Of a stretch of DNA of 17,449 nt, positions 15,456 through 17,449 are shown in pieces; the first letter of the stretch is position 1, and each line of letters opens with the position of its first letter. The notes under the pieces were generated by a model. The model did not search any database and was not told where the DNA came from. It saw only the letters and a list, made by a program, of their open reading frames with translations. The position numbers and the translations under genes were made by a program. Origin of the DNA: a bacterium (GTDB lineage: Bacteria; SZUA-182; DTGQ01; JAFGSM01); assembly GCA_049472355.1 (NCBI GenBank), contig JBLIRP010000078.1, positions 1 through 17,449 of the forward strand. Reading direction: 5' to 3'.

Positions 15456-17021
15456 CTAATTTTCGATAATGTGGGGGGTGATGAATATCAGAAGCTCATC
15501 GTAGGAGTCCGTCTTGAACTTGTTCCTGAACAGGGCGCCGATCAACGGGATCTTTGAAAACAGCGGCACCTCCTGGCGAGACTCCTGATTCTCGGAGATG
15601 GCGAGCCCGCCGATAACGGTCGTCTCACCGTCCCTCACGATCAATTCGGTCTGGGCGCCCTTCCTGGAGATCAGGGGATTCCCGTCCACGGTCCTGGACC
15701 AATCGGGGCGGTCCTTGTCCGCGTTGATCTTCATCTTGATGCGTTTGTCCGAGGTGATGTGCGGGGTGACCTCCAGGCGGGTGAGCGCATCCGTGTATTT
15801 GACGGTATAGTTTCTCTCCTCGGTGCCCTCTTCGAGCGCCCGGTACGGCACGCGGGAGCCGATTTCGATCAGCGCCTGGGTGTTGTCGAGCGTGGCGATG
15901 CGCGGGGTGGACAGGATGCGGCCCTCCCCGTTCTCCTCCATGGCGTTCAACCGCACGTCCAGGTTGAACTTGCCATCGATGAGCGCCGTGGTAAGGCCTA
16001 TTCCCCCGTAGGAGGACCCGCCGTGGATAGGAAGGTTCACGGCAAAGGGCTCCTCCGTGGTCGTAGCCGCCGTGGTCGTAGCTGTCGTCCCATCACCCGT
16101 GGACACACTTGCTGTTCCCATGATTCTGGTGGTGCCGTCATAATAGGTGCCCCCCCACTGGATACCCAGCGCCCTGCTGAAGCCCTTGGTGGTCTCTACC
16201 ACCCGGGCCTCGATGAGCACCTGCCGGGAGGGCTGATCAATGGACTCGACCAACTGCCGGATCTGGCCCAGGTTCTCCGGAAGGTCGGAGATGATGAGCG
16301 AATTCGTCTTTGTGTTGATTTCGACCTTCCCCGCCGCGGACAGCATGGATTGCACGTTTTTTCCCATCTCCTGGGGCTCGACGAATTTCAGGCTGACCAC
16401 CTCCGTCTTTACCGGCCGGATGGCGGTCACGTTTTCCACGTCGAGCAGCCGGAACAGGGTCTCCATCTCGTCCAGCTTTTCGGGGATATCCTTCGCCACG
16501 ATGGCGTTTGTCCGCTCATCCGCCTCGATGAAGGCGCTCTCCCGCCTGGACAGGATGTTTTTCATGCTCTCGGCGAGTCTCTTTGCGCTGGCATAGCTTG
16601 GCTTGAACACCCGGGTCTCCATCCGGATGGATTTTTCCCTCAGCTCGTTTTCATTGGCGAGCTTTTCGAGCGACATGATCCGGTAGATGTCACCCTCCCT
16701 GACGTATGCCAGCTTCGCGGAGCGGAGGATGGTCAGGAATGCGTCGTCAACAGGCACCTGATTCAGGACGAGGTCGATCCTGCCGATGACGTCCTCTCCC
16801 AGGACGAGATTGAGGTTGTACTGGTCGGCGAAGGTCCTGAGCACATCGGCGACATCCGCGCCCCGTATCTCCATGGAGCAGCGCCTCTGCGGCAGATCAA
16901 GATCGATGCCGTGGTATCGTCTTCTTTGCTGCGCCGAGATGCAAACAGCACTTCCCAACGCAAGGACGAGTATGAGAAGCGTCGTCCCCAGCAGTCTCCT
17001 CGCCGTGCCATGTCCGCTCAT
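15456..17021 (-). CDS. Outer-membrane secretin (PilQ/GspD family), short form without AMIN domains
   Basis: Signal peptide, N0 domain, two N3-like repeats (DERTNAIV.., NTKTNSLII..), QVLIEARVVE, LGIQWG, DGETTVIGGL, VPLFSKIPLIGALF, ELLIFITPHI. Confidence 0.93.
   Translation of the reverse strand: MSGHGTARRLLGTTLLILVLALGSAVCISAQQRRRYHGIDLDLPQRRCSMEIRGADVADVLRTFADQYNLNLVLGEDVIGRIDLVLNQVPVDDAFLTILRSAKLAYVREGDIYRIMSLEKLANENELREKSIRMETRVFKPSYASAKRLAESMKNILSRRESAFIEADERTNAIVAKDIPEKLDEMETLFRLLDVENVTAIRPVKTEVVSLKFVEPQEMGKNVQSMLSAAGKVEINTKTNSLIISDLPENLGQIRQLVESIDQPSRQVLIEARVVETTKGFSRALGIQWGGTYYDGTTRIMGTASVSTGDGTTATTTAATTTEEPFAVNLPIHGGSSYGGIGLTTALIDGKFNLDVRLNAMEENGEGRILSTPRIATLDNTQALIEIGSRVPYRALEEGTEERNYTVKYTDALTRLEVTPHITSDKRIKMKINADKDRPDWSRTVDGNPLISRKGAQTELIVRDGETTVIGGLAISENQESRQEVPLFSKIPLIGALFRNKFKTDSYDELLIFITPHIIEN
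16055..16082. repeat. Short tandem duplication inside the secretin gene
   Basis: CCGTGGTCGTAGC at 16055-16067 and 16070-16082 (15-nt period, in frame), encoding part of TTATTTAATTT. Confidence 0.7.
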
Positions 17022-17046
17022 AGTAAGGTTCTCCCCATTGTTCGAT

Positions 17047-17449
17047 TTATCGTATGTCGTCTTTTTTCAGGGTATAGGTGAATCTGATGTCCCCGCTTCC
17101 CAGGATGACCTTGTCCTGGGTGATATCCAGGACGCTCAGGTTGAAGAGCCGGTCACCCTTCTTCACCGTATTGTTTCCGATGATTGCATGCCGCTGCCCC
17201 CCGAAGTCGATGATGCCGAGCAGCTTGCTCTGGCTGAGATCCCGCTCCGTCTGCTGGAGCCGCTCCTGTGCCTCCTGTATCCGTGCCGGCTTGGTGAAGG
17301 GGTCCCGTGGATAGGAGCGGGCGATCTTCAAGGGCGGGCCTTCCTCGGAGGTGGAGGCTTCCTGGAGCTTTATTTCCTTCATCCGTTGTTCGTTTGTTAT
17401 ATGGTTGCGTCTCAACGCCCGAAGCGTTACGACCTCCTGGTCCGCCATG
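17047..17449 (-). CDS. PilP/GspB-like accessory protein, probably 5'-truncated
   Basis: RDPF motif followed by small beta domain KLLGII...AII.....KKGD......VLDITQDKVIL; directly upstream of the secretin; frame open to the window edge. Confidence 0.7.
   Translation of the reverse strand, partial: MADQEVVTLRALRRNHITNEQRMKEIKLQEASTSEEGPPLKIARSYPRDPFTKPARIQEAQERLQQTERDLSQSKLLGIIDFGGQRHAIIGNNTVKKGDRLFNLSVLDITQDKVILGSGDIRFTYTLKKDDIR

Noticed and set aside
15759..17081. Long antisense ORFs (this one, 9989-11170, 13854-14957, 2087-3067, 7991-8902, 12450-13241 and others)
   Set aside because: They lie opposite well-supported genes, have no recognisable motifs, and are expected shadows of GC-biased codon usage.
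1..17449. CRISPR array, tRNA/rRNA, transposase or integrase
   Set aside because: No regularly spaced repeats, cloverleaf/rRNA signatures or recombinase motifs were seen.

Overview
Chromosomal, moderately GC-rich bacterial segment; gene order and domain content suggest Desulfobacterota/deltaproteobacteria-like origin (inference). Left to right: the 3' end of trpS; an orphan 2TM/P-loop K+-channel-family gene with an unusual helical N-terminal domain and a candidate sigma54 promoter; a minus-strand housekeeping operon (HIT-lapA-lapB-mutS); a divergently transcribed c-di-GMP pair (membrane CxxCH heme-sensor/HAMP/GAF/HD-GYP phosphodiesterase plus soluble GAF-GGDEF cyclase); a convergent intergenic gap that folds into a strikingly symmetric ~165-nt rod; and a minus-strand type IV filament cluster (PilP-like, short secretin, MshEN-bearing PilB/GspE ATPase, PilC/GspF) followed by a small Sm/Hfq-like-fold protein, a CpoB/YbgF-like lipoprotein and a LysM/TsaP-like protein. 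No mobile element, CRISPR array, tRNA or rRNA was seen. Most notable: a possible local heme-sensing c-di-GMP circuit wired to the pilus ATPase, the candidate rod-shaped ncRNA, and the Sm-like protein inside the pilus cluster.
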